Positions 1-7,720 of a stretch of 32,000 nucleotides of DNA are shown here, piece after piece. The notes beneath the pieces were generated by a model, which saw only the letters and a list, made by a program, of their open reading frames with translations, was not told the DNA's origin and did not search any database. The DNA comes from Ferroglobus placidus DSM 10642 (GTDB taxonomy: Archaea > Halobacteriota > Archaeoglobi > Archaeoglobales > Archaeoglobaceae), in contig NC_013849.1 in assembly GCF_000025505.1 (NCBI RefSeq), positions 1,980,001-2,012,000 on the forward strand, in the 5' to 3' direction. The position numbers and the translations under genes are program-made. Positions within the stretch are counted from its first letter, which is position 1. Each line of letters begins with the position of its first letter.

Positions 1-864
1 TGTCGAAAAAGACTTCTATCTTCGACAATGGTTGATCTTTGATTTGCTTCACCGCCTCTCCAAACCAGTAGTTTTCGAGGTTCTTTAACATATCTTCGTA
101 ATCCATAGCTGCAAGCTTCCTTAATTCACTTTCGCTCAGCTGATACCCCTTCGGAATTATTTTCGCTGCTATTTCTTCGGGCGAAGCTCCCTCAAGCTTG
201 AGCCTGAGTAACGTTTTGACGTTCTTTACGTCTATCTCCATTCTGATAAAGTCTACGAAGTACATTATATCAATGTTGTCGCTGTGGATCGAGGCAAGGC
301 TGGTGTAGTAGAACTTGTCGAGTCTGTCTTCAAACTCGGAAATCGGGCAAGCTCTAGTCAACTCCTCAAGTATCGGATAGTATGGCTTTTTCGCAAACTC
401 CTTTATTATGTCTTCCACGCTTTCCCTTGCTATTAGCATCTTCCAGAATTCCTCGTCAAACTCTCCGGCTGGAACAAGCGTTTTTTCAATTTCTTCTTTC
501 GGGAATCTGAACATTTTACCTCTTATTATGTTCTTCAGATTCCAGAAGTCCCATCTCCTAAGATAATCAACGATCATTTCCCTCGGCAAACCCTTGGATA
601 TTCTAACGAGCTTTCTGTACGTTCTCGTGAGGTTTAGATACAGAGCGTAATCCAAAAGCTCCACACCGCTGTATCTCATCGCGAGCTCGTTTATCTCGTT
701 CTTGTACTCGCTTTCTTCCAAGTACCTTATTATTTCGTTGAGGTCCATATTGAGCAGTTTGTTGTACTCCTCCTTCGGAATGAGTTTTCTCTTCATCACC
801 CTTACTCTGGCAACGATGTACGCCCACTCCGCAGCCCTTGGCTTTCTTATGATCTTTCTCAGCA
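1..864 (-). CDS. atpC: A-type ATP synthase subunit C, N-terminal ~288 codons (C-terminus lies beyond the window start)
   Basis: The minus-strand frame is open from ATG at 864 to the window edge. It is absent from the ORF track because it has no stop in the window. My translation starts MLRKIIRKPRAAEWAYIVARVRVMKRKLIPKEEYNKLL, typical of A/V-ATPase subunit C. It follows atpE by 3 nt in the canonical atpHIKEC order. Confidence 0.8.
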
Positions 865-867
865 TAG

Positions 868-1434
868 CTACTCACCGAACAGGATCTTGTGAATGTCCTT
901 CATCTTATCCTCGAATACCTCCTCGACTATGTTATCGAAGGTTAGATTTATCCTGTAGCTACCATCGGCACTCTCCAGAATTATTCCACCGAGGCATTCG
1001 ATGTTTCCAGCATACTCCATCTTCTTTACGAGCTTTTTAACAATCTCCTCGTCTTTCTTGCTGGAGTAAATTTTGAAACCATCCTGATCGTACTTGGATA
1101 TCAGCTTTTTCAGAAGTTCTTCTCTCTCCTTCTCGTCCATGTTTTTTATTCTCTCAATGAGTTTTTCTCTAACTTTCTCAACCACGTCTTTTTTCTTAGC
1201 CAGCTCCTCTTTTTTCATTTCAAGCTTTATCCCTGAAATCTCTTGTTTTCTTAACCTCTCTACTTCTTTTTCCGCGTCAGCCTTAGCTTTCTTGATGATT
1301 TCCTCGGCTTTTTCCTTAGCCTCAGCTATTATCTCTTCAGCTTTTTTTTCAGCTTCTTTTTTAATCTCCGCTATCTCCAGATGTCCTTTTCTCGTTATTT
1401 CTTCGATTACTGGTTCAAGTGTCATCTCTTTCAC
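868..1434 (-). CDS. atpE: A-type ATP synthase subunit E
   Basis: 188 aa. The N-terminus is a K/E-rich coiled coil and the C-terminus is globular (GGIILESADGSYRINLTFDNIVEE). It sits between atpK and atpC. Confidence 0.85.
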   Translation of the reverse strand: MKEMTLEPVIEEITRKGHLEIAEIKKEAEKKAEEIIAEAKEKAEEIIKKAKADAEKEVERLRKQEISGIKLEMKKEELAKKKDVVEKVREKLIERIKNMDEKEREELLKKLISKYDQDGFKIYSSKKDEEIVKKLVKKMEYAGNIECLGGIILESADGSYRINLTFDNIVEEVFEDKMKDIHKILFGE

Positions 1435-1463
1435 CTTTGTAAAAAAATTGGAAAATTGTTGCT

Positions 1464-1679
1464 TTACATGAACATCAGCAGGAACGCCACAACAAGCCCG
1501 AAGATGACGATTGTTTCTGGAATCACGGTCATCAGCAAACCTCTACCGAAGAACGTCGGATCTTCTGCCATCGCTCCTACTGCAGCAGCTCCAATTCCCT
1601 GCTCACCCAAACCAGCACCAATTCCAGCCAAACCGACAGCCAAACCAGCACCAACAGCAACCATACCCTCTATCGGCAT
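1464..1679 (-). CDS. atpK: A-type ATP synthase proteolipid (c/K) subunit, single hairpin
   Basis: 71 aa with two Gly/Ala-rich TM helices (GAGLAVGLAGIGAGLG). The conserved carboxylate is present in IPETIVIFGLV. Confidence 0.9.
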   Translation of the reverse strand: MPIEGMVAVGAGLAVGLAGIGAGLGEQGIGAAAVGAMAEDPTFFGRGLLMTVIPETIVIFGLVVAFLLMFM

Positions 1680-1694
1680 ACCAAACCACCTCCT

Positions 1695-3638
1695 TTAATC
1701 TTCCTTCGTATACCTCCTTCTCCTACCAAACGGGTTGTACAAATACCCTCCCCCTTCGAAGAACTTGACGAAATGCTCAACGTAGTGCAATCGTAAGCTC
1801 TGCAAACCGGGGTCGAGAATTCCGAGAAGCAGATTTATGAAATGTCCAATGGCAAAGATGATTACAGCGGCAATGATTCCAGCAATTCCCGAAGGCCAGA
1901 GAAGCTCGAAAGCGATGTAGTTAAAGGCTATAGCAAAGCCGACACTTGCTAAACCTACAGCCAGCAATCGGGCGTAGCTTATCGTGTTGCTGAGCAACGT
2001 TAAGTATTCTATGAGGAACATCGGACCCTCGCCAATTATTGTCAGCACAGCCCAGATGATGATTAAAGGAATTGCAGCAACGTAGAAGGCGTTAAGATGA
2101 AATGCTGGAAGCGCGTTTACCGTGTTCACAACGAATCCCGCTATTATGAATGCGATGCTTATTAAAGCGAGAAGCCAGTTGAACTTCTCGAGGATCGCAT
2201 GCTTCAATCCGTGCTCTTTTATGTAGTTTCTTATTCCGAAGATGTAACCGAGGCTCATATGGGTTACTCCAATACCAATCGTTAGAACGAGCAAAGCGGG
2301 AGCTTCGTAGAGTCTATGAACGATAGGATGCATCTCTGCAAACGTCCTCGCGAGTTCGCTTTCCTCACCGAGAAGTTTTAGGAATAGCGATTCATGCCCG
2401 AAGAGCTCGAAACCAAAGAACTCTCCGTAAACGAAGCCGAATACTATTGTGGAGATTGAAGAGTACAGAAGAACTTTGAGCAGAGCCTGCCAGCCCTCGC
2501 TTAAAAACTTCTTAGACAGCCACAGGGATAGGAAGAGGAGGATTAAACCGTAACCGATGTCTCCGAGCATGAAACCGAAGAATATCGGGAAGACTACAGC
2601 CATTACCGTCGTGGGATCTACTTCGGTGTACTTCGGAATACCGTAGGCGGTCGTAAGAAGCTCGAAAGGTTTGGCAAACTTCGGATTTTTCAAAGCCGTT
2701 GGTGGGTTCCACTTTTCATCTTTGATTTCAGAAACAATAACTTTTCTTCCGGTTTTTTCCTCGACTTCTCTCTTAAATTGTTCGAAAGACTCTTTAGGCA
2801 CGTAGCCAACTATTATGAAAGCGTACTTAGACGTTGCCGCTTTCAACGGAAGCTCAGATTTTTCGAGCTCTATGCTCAAGTGCTCCTCTAATGCGAGCAT
2901 TAAATCGAGATTTTTCCTCTCGTATTCTTCTATTTCCGCTCTAAGCTTTTGTATCTCTGCTCTAATTTCTTCTCTTCTTTGGGCGATCTCCTTAAGCCTT
3001 TCGTCGAAGTCCTTTACGTCGGGAACGGCAAGCTCTCTAAAAGCGAACTCCTGAAGAACTTTAAAAACTTCGTTCGCATCTTCTTTTTTAACGTAAACAG
3101 CCACGACGTACTCGTTTTCGTACGGCTCAACGAATATTTCGAATTCTTTCGTTACTTCGCTTATTTTTTCAAAAGGATTATCCTTAACCAAACCTACAAA
3201 AACGGCTATGTTCTTAAAACCTTTCAAAAGATCCGGAGGAACTTTAAGCGTCTTAAGCGGATGAATTACCCTTTCCTCGTCGTCTAAGCTTCTCAGTTCG
3301 TCTTCCAGCTGTCTTATCCTCGAGTTTTTCTCTCCGATGACTTTCTCTATTTCTTCCACTTTTTCGTCAACTATCTCGTTCAATTCTTTGACACTGAAAA
3401 TCTTCTGAGGAACGTAAGTGTCGGTTTTTATTAGAGAAAGAGCGGATCTGACTGTGACCAAGAATTTTGAAAGCTTGGACGCTTCTTCAAAAGGCTCTCC
3501 AACCTTAAAATATTCGTCCTCTTCGGCGTAATCCTCAACGTGAATTAAATTGAGGCGGTGGAGTATCTCTGAAGTCTGCTTGAAGTACTCCTTTGGACCC
3601 ACTACCGAAACTTTAACCATTCTTACGGGCTCAAGCAT
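1695..3638 (-). CDS. atpI: A-type ATP synthase subunit I (a-type stator/proton channel)
   Basis: 647 aa. The N-terminal half is soluble coiled coil and the C-terminal half is polytopic membrane, with RLHYVEHF near the C-terminus. It overlaps atpH by 8 nt. Confidence 0.9.
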   Translation of the reverse strand: MLEPVRMVKVSVVGPKEYFKQTSEILHRLNLIHVEDYAEEDEYFKVGEPFEEASKLSKFLVTVRSALSLIKTDTYVPQKIFSVKELNEIVDEKVEEIEKVIGEKNSRIRQLEDELRSLDDEERVIHPLKTLKVPPDLLKGFKNIAVFVGLVKDNPFEKISEVTKEFEIFVEPYENEYVVAVYVKKEDANEVFKVLQEFAFRELAVPDVKDFDERLKEIAQRREEIRAEIQKLRAEIEEYERKNLDLMLALEEHLSIELEKSELPLKAATSKYAFIIVGYVPKESFEQFKREVEEKTGRKVIVSEIKDEKWNPPTALKNPKFAKPFELLTTAYGIPKYTEVDPTTVMAVVFPIFFGFMLGDIGYGLILLFLSLWLSKKFLSEGWQALLKVLLYSSISTIVFGFVYGEFFGFELFGHESLFLKLLGEESELARTFAEMHPIVHRLYEAPALLVLTIGIGVTHMSLGYIFGIRNYIKEHGLKHAILEKFNWLLALISIAFIIAGFVVNTVNALPAFHLNAFYVAAIPLIIIWAVLTIIGEGPMFLIEYLTLLSNTISYARLLAVGLASVGFAIAFNYIAFELLWPSGIAGIIAAVIIFAIGHFINLLLGILDPGLQSLRLHYVEHFVKFFEGGGYLYNPFGRRRRYTKED

Positions 3639-3969
3639 TTTCGACCGCCCTTACAAATTCGTTATATACGAACTTGACAGCCTCGTCGACTTTCTTCTCT
3701 GCCTCTCTAATGAGTTCGTTGATTTCTGCAAGTCTCTTCTCCCTAATCTCATTTCTCTCCTTCTCAATTTCGGCTTTGCCCTTCTCAACTATCTCGTTGT
3801 ATATTCTTTGCGCCTCTTTCTCAGCGTCTTCGACTATTTTTCTTGCTTCCTCCTTAGCTGCGAAAATTCTTCTGTTTGCCTCTTCCTTGGCTTTCTTTAT
3901 TTCTTCGTCTATTTTCTCCTCAACCTCTTTTATTTTCCTGAGGATTTCTGTTTTGTCCATGATATCCAC
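3631..3969 (-). CDS. atpH: A-type ATP synthase subunit H (peripheral stalk, coiled coil)
   Basis: 112 aa, K/E-rich helical protein and first gene of the operon. RBS GGTGG lies just upstream. A TATA-like CCTTAAAT (minus strand, about 4011-4018) lies about 40 nt upstream. Confidence 0.75.
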   Translation of the reverse strand: MDIMDKTEILRKIKEVEEKIDEEIKKAKEEANRRIFAAKEEARKIVEDAEKEAQRIYNEIVEKGKAEIEKERNEIREKRLAEINELIREAEKKVDEAVKFVYNEFVRAVENA

Positions 3970-4082
3970 CCCGATAACAGTCAGACTGAGTGATTCGAGA
4001 ATGGGTATGTATTTAAGGTTTTTCTTTTTGTCGAACTGAGAAAGTGTCCTCTTATATCAACAAGCTGAGAAAACGAGAATCC

Positions 4083-4391
4083 TTAGCCGTGAAAGTCTTT
4101 TTCACCTTTTATGCCTATAGCGATGTTGGCTTTGAGAGCTACTTCGAAGTATTCTTCGTCTGGTTCAAGCAAAACGAAGCGTTTTGGAACGGGAATTGCA
4201 AGAAATTCTCCGAAGTCCTTGTTGTTCTCTCCTACGTAAACGTTGTAAAACTCTCTCGTCTCCTTGTGAAGGAGCAAGTAAACCTCTTTGTTCTCTCTGA
4301 CGAGCTGCATCAGTCTTTTCTTGTCTATTTTTTCGAAAATCTCGTTACAGATCTCTTCAGCCAACTTCGACGATTCGTCTTCAAGTACCAT
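4083..4391 (-). CDS. hypothetical small cytoplasmic protein
   Basis: 102-aa ORF with normal composition. A TATA-like GATATATAC lies about 35 nt upstream on the minus strand. I recognise no family. Confidence 0.5.
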   Translation of the reverse strand: MVLEDESSKLAEEICNEIFEKIDKKRLMQLVRENKEVYLLLHKETREFYNVYVGENNKDFGEFLAIPVPKRFVLLEPDEEYFEVALKANIAIGIKGEKDFHG

Positions 4392-4660
4392 TTCGAGGGA
4401 TGATTCAAAACGAAGTAGTATATATCTGTTTCTGAATTTCCAACGCGTCCAAAAATTAATCTAATTTTTATAATATCGAAGGAAATTCGAGATTCGATGC
4501 GAAAATAGAACTTGTAATAACAATTCTCTTTATACGTTATTCCAATCGTGACTTAAGATAAATTAAGAGAAGTTATTATTGCTCCTCTATAAGCTTCTTC
4601 AGATGCATCAAAATTGCTGATTAATACTCTCGAAAAGGTAAAGTTTACGGTACTGTATAA

Positions 4661-4711
4661 TATCGATAACCGTTAAATTTATATCGGTCTTCCACATGAT
4701 TAATTGTGACA
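4661..4711 (+). promoter_or_regulatory. promoter/operator cassette P1: 19-mer ATAACCGTTAAATTTATAT (4666-4684) plus 18-mer ACATGATTAATTGTGACA (4694-4711)
   Basis: The 19-mer recurs exactly at 7295-7313 (minus strand) and 18122-18140. The 18-mer recurs exactly at 18151-18168. The TATA (TTTATAT, 4678-4684) predicts a TSS near 4702-4708, inside the 18-mer. Confidence 0.75.
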
Positions 4712-4743
4712 CCAGTTTGCTTCTTGCTATGGGGGTGCAGATA

Positions 4744-6057
4744 ATGAAAAACTACATGTACAACAAAAAAATTGAGACGATGAAAAGGGAAAAAATTAAG
4801 GATCTACAATTCAAAAGGCTGAAAGCAACTGTAAAAAGGCTTTACGAAAATGTACCATACTACAGAAGGAAGATGAAAGAAGCAAATGTAAAACCTGAGG
4901 ATATAAAAACTCTCGATGACATCAGAAAATTGCCCTTCACAGAGAAGGAAGATTTGAGAAAAAATTATCCTTTTGGACTCGTTGCAGTTCCTCTGGAAAA
5001 AGTTGTTGAGCTTCATGCCTCTTCTGGAACTACTGGAAAGCCGACAACTGTTGTTTACACTCGAAAAGATCTTGAAGTCTGGGGAGAGGTAATGGCTCGC
5101 TGCTTAGCTATGTCAGGTTTGACTAAGAAAGACATCTTCCAGAATCCGATACCCTACGGTCTTTTTACCGGAGCTTTCGGATTTCATTACGGGGCATTAA
5201 AAATAGGTGCGTTAATAGTTCCGAGTAGCGGCGGAGATTCAAAAAGACAAATAACACTAATGAAGGATTACGGAACTACTTTCATGTCAGGAGTCGTTTC
5301 CTACGCTCTGCATTTGGCAAAAGTGGCGATGGACATGGGAATAGATCCGAGCAAAGATCTGAACGTTCGAGCCGGGTTGTTTGGAGCTGAGATATTTACG
5401 GAAAGCTTGAGGAAAAAACTCAACGATTTATGGGGCATGGATGCCCATAACGTTTACGGGTTAAGTGAAATGTGTGGACCGGGAGTTTCTGCCGATTGCG
5501 ACCAGCATGACGGACTACACCTCTGGGAGGACCACTTCCTCGTTGAATGCATAGATCCAAAAACCGGTGAACCAGTTGAAGCTGAGGAGAAAGGAGAACT
5601 TGTTATTTCGACGCTAACAAAAGAGGCTATGCCACTTCTCAGATACAGAACGAGAGATCTTGCCTTCATCTACGATTGTAAGGAGTGCGATTGCGGAAGA
5701 ACGCACGTAAAGCATTCTACGATTGTAGGCAGAACTGACGACATGATAATAGTCAGCGGAACGAACATTTTCCCGAGCCAAATCGAAGAAGTCGTCATGA
5801 AACACCAGAAAGGAGGAGTTGAGTACAGAATTATCCTCGAAAAGAATGGATATCTTGACGTCATGACCGTCGAAGTCGAATCTTTACACCCGTTATCAGA
5901 AGAAGAGAAGAAAACGCTTGCTGAATATTACGCCAACGAAATAAAGTCCGTAACCGGATACAAGCCAAGGGTTAGGATTCTCGATCCCGGAACTATTGTG
6001 AGAGAAGGGATAAAGGCTAAGAGGATCATAGATCTAAGACCTAAAGAAAGCTCCTAA
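4744..6057 (+). CDS. phenylacetate-CoA ligase family (PaaK / coenzyme F390 synthetase-like) adenylate-forming CoA ligase
   Basis: Motifs: YYRRKMKEANVKPEDIKTLDDIRKLPFTEKEDLR, P-loop SSGTTGKPT, and the PaaK-type C-terminal domain. I start the gene at ATG 4744 (MKNYMY), preceded by SD-like GGGGGTG. The track start at 4696 lies in the promoter box, probably upstream of the TSS. Confidence 0.8.
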   Translation: MKNYMYNKKIETMKREKIKDLQFKRLKATVKRLYENVPYYRRKMKEANVKPEDIKTLDDIRKLPFTEKEDLRKNYPFGLVAVPLEKVVELHASSGTTGKPTTVVYTRKDLEVWGEVMARCLAMSGLTKKDIFQNPIPYGLFTGAFGFHYGALKIGALIVPSSGGDSKRQITLMKDYGTTFMSGVVSYALHLAKVAMDMGIDPSKDLNVRAGLFGAEIFTESLRKKLNDLWGMDAHNVYGLSEMCGPGVSADCDQHDGLHLWEDHFLVECIDPKTGEPVEAEEKGELVISTLTKEAMPLLRYRTRDLAFIYDCKECDCGRTHVKHSTIVGRTDDMIIVSGTNIFPSQIEEVVMKHQKGGVEYRIILEKNGYLDVMTVEVESLHPLSEEEKKTLAEYYANEIKSVTGYKPRVRILDPGTIVREGIKAKRIIDLRPKESS

Positions 6058-6060
6058 CAG

Positions 6061-7236
6061 TCAGATTATTCCCTCTTTTTTAAGCTCCTCCACATCGTAT
6101 CCAAGTTTTGAGTAAATCTCCTCGTTGTGCTCTCCAAGTCTCGGAGCAAAAGTTAACTGTTTTGTTTTCGTTGTCACTGGAGGAGGGGCAAGTAAAACCT
6201 CCAATCCCGTCTTTTCGTCTCTTGTTTTCCAAAGCTTTGAAGATAGGTAAGAATCTTCAAATATCTGCGGAAGCGTTGTTACTTTCGAAATCGGTATTCT
6301 TGCTTTTTTAAAAAGCTCTATAATCTCTTCAGTGTTTCTTTTTGAAAGAATTTCCTCAAGATCTCTGTCTAATTGTTCTTCGTTAGCCTTTCTTCGGTTG
6401 TTCGTGCTGTAGATATCTTTTTTGAGAATTTCAAACCCGGGAAGACTGCAAAGCCTCTCCCACTGAGCCTCGCTCCCTATGGCTATCGAGACATAGCCGT
6501 CTTTTGTTCTGTAAACACCCACTGGAGCGAAAATCGGATGCTTGTTCCCAGATTTTGGCACCTTTATTCCTAAACTGACCATCGGGATGTGTAAGGCAAG
6601 TAAAGATAAACAGCAGTCGAGCATCGAAATGTCAATTCTACATCCCTTTCCCGTTTTCTCCCTTATTAAAAGTGCTTTCATTATTTCGCAATACGCTTGA
6701 TTCGCTGCTTCCAAATCTGCTATGGAAACACCGAACTTCAAAGGAGGACTATTCTCATCACCGTTGGTATCCATTATTCCAGAGTAAGCCTGTATCATTG
6801 GGTCGTAAGCCGCTTCTGGCCTTTCTGGACCGAAGCCCGAGATCCCAACCCAGATTATATCCTCTTTTATCGATCTTATCCTCTCGTAATCTATTCCAAG
6901 CTTTTTGTAGTTGCTTGGTACTTGATTTGTTGCAAAAATGTCAACATCGAACTCTTTAATCAGTTCTCCGAGAATTTCTTTTCCTTTCGGGGAGTTTAAA
7001 TTTAGCGTTATTGATTTTTTTCCAGAATTTATCCCCAAGAAATATGCGCTCATCCCCTCCTCATCCAACGCACTTTCCCCAACGTAGCGATTGGGATCAC
7101 CCCAAGGAGGCTCGACTCTAATAACCTCAGCCCCATCAGCAGCTAATCGCCACGTACAGTAAGGCAGCGAGACAGCCTGCTCAACGCTGAGGACAGTCAC
7201 TCCTTCCAGGAAGTTTTCCTTTAAGCAGCTTGACAT
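6061..7236 (-). CDS. family III CoA-transferase (CaiB/BaiF/Frc-like)
   Basis: Motifs: LEGVTVLSVEQAVSLPYCTWRLAADGAEVIRVEPPWGDPNRY and the family III Asp region GVSIADLEAANQA. I prefer ATG 7236, which has SD GGGGGGTG 4 nt upstream. The track TTG start at 7278 would lie upstream of the predicted TSS. Confidence 0.8.
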   Translation of the reverse strand: MSSCLKENFLEGVTVLSVEQAVSLPYCTWRLAADGAEVIRVEPPWGDPNRYVGESALDEEGMSAYFLGINSGKKSITLNLNSPKGKEILGELIKEFDVDIFATNQVPSNYKKLGIDYERIRSIKEDIIWVGISGFGPERPEAAYDPMIQAYSGIMDTNGDENSPPLKFGVSIADLEAANQAYCEIMKALLIREKTGKGCRIDISMLDCCLSLLALHIPMVSLGIKVPKSGNKHPIFAPVGVYRTKDGYVSIAIGSEAQWERLCSLPGFEILKKDIYSTNNRRKANEEQLDRDLEEILSKRNTEEIIELFKKARIPISKVTTLPQIFEDSYLSSKLWKTRDEKTGLEVLLAPPPVTTKTKQLTFAPRLGEHNEEIYSKLGYDVEELKKEGII

Positions 7237-7294
7237 TCCGCACCCCCCAAATTCTATAATTCTCCCAAATGATTTCAACTAGAGGATTTGAATG

Positions 7295-7318
7295 ATATAA
7301 ATTTAACGGTTATTGATC
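7295..7318 (-). promoter_or_regulatory. promoter/operator cassette P2: exact 19-mer ATAACCGTTAAATTTATAT in minus orientation
   Basis: Plus-strand atataaatttaacggttat at 7295-7313 is the reverse complement of the 19-mer. The upstream flank GATCA matches the TATC[G/A] flank of the other copies. It lies about 60 nt upstream of the CoA-transferase ATG. Confidence 0.7.
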
Positions 7319-7495
7319 GCGTACACACTTAACTTTGCAGTCTTTAAAACCAAAATAAGAGAGTCAGAATATGCAAAAATCGTAGATCAAGGAATTATAA
7401 CTAGTTTATTGCTAATTTAAATCCGTAAAATCTCTTTTTCATAAGATTTCTCTTAAAATTTGAAATTTTAAAGATGTAGCTTGGGAAGCAAAATC

Positions 7496-7555
7496 AATTA
7501 ACCATTAACTGATTGACGAAAAAGTTAAATATTTGGTATCTATTAATCATGCTAA
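7496..7555 (+). promoter_or_regulatory. candidate degenerate version of the cassette upstream of the symporter pair
   Basis: TTAACCATTAAC (7498-7509) differs from TTAACCGTTAA by 1 nt. It is separated from the TATA-like GTTAAATATTTGGT (about 7524-7537). ATTAATCATG, the reverse complement of CATGATTAAT, follows. Confidence 0.35.
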
Positions 7556-7600
7556 TTAAGTAATTCATAAAGTGTGGAGCTGAAAACGGAGGGACTCGAA

Positions 7601-7720
7601 ATGGCGAAGGTTTTGGGTTTAGATCCGGCTATTGGAGTGATATACATAGTGAACATATTGCTTATAGTTTTGTGGGTTGTTTTTTCCGTAGCAAATGCAA
7701 AAAGGAGAGGTGACCTTTGA
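7601..7720 (+). CDS. 39-aa single-TM small membrane protein, translationally coupled to the symporter (not in the ORF track)
   Basis: ATG 7601 is preceded by GGAGGG. Translation: MAKVLGLDPAIGVIYIVNILLIVLWVVFSVANAKRRGDL. The hydrophobic helix is followed by KRRG. Stop TGA 7718-7720 overlaps the symporter ATG 7720 (TGATG). Confidence 0.65.
   Translation: MAKVLGLDPAIGVIYIVNILLIVLWVVFSVANAKRRGDL

Noticed and set aside
603-1040. Track ORFs 603-875 (-) and 702-1040 (+) at the atpC/atpE junction
   Set aside because: Both lie in alternative frames over the well-supported atpC (ATG 864, running off the window) and atpE genes. Their translations have odd composition and show no family resemblance.
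3971-3980. The 10-mer CCGATAACAG is shared between the atpH upstream region (3971-3980) and the distal site at 18020-18029
   Set aside because: There is no second half-site (GTTAT) and no TATA fusion at 3971. It lies between the atp TATA and the start codon. A single 10-mer match in 32 kb of AT-rich DNA can occur by chance.
1094-4039. Plus-strand S/F/L-rich ORFs (1094-1471, 2815-3287, 3550-4039) opposite the atp genes
   Set aside because: These are antisense shadows of K/E-rich coiled-coil coding sequence: GAA/AAG codons read as TTC/CTT. They are low-complexity and fully contained in strong minus-strand genes.
4392-4660. An NrpR-type operator (GGAA-N6-TTCC) near the island promoters, for example GGAAATTCGAGATTCG around 4471-4486
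   Set aside because: The spacing and second half-site do not match (GGAA-N8-TTCG). No such site lies at P1-P4 by eye. A computational scan would be needed to exclude it fully.
4696-4743. Track start of the CoA ligase at ATG 4696 (MINCDTSLLLAMGVQI extension)
   Set aside because: The ATG lies inside the conserved 18-mer promoter box, probably upstream of the TSS predicted from the TATA. ATG 4744 has its own SD, and the PaaK-family homology starts there. I keep it only as an alternative, leaderless reading in the findings.
7237-7278. TTG 7278 as the start of the CoA-transferase
   Set aside because: It sits only about 17-20 nt from the TATA box, so it should precede the TSS. ATG 7236, with SD GGGGGGTG, fits better.
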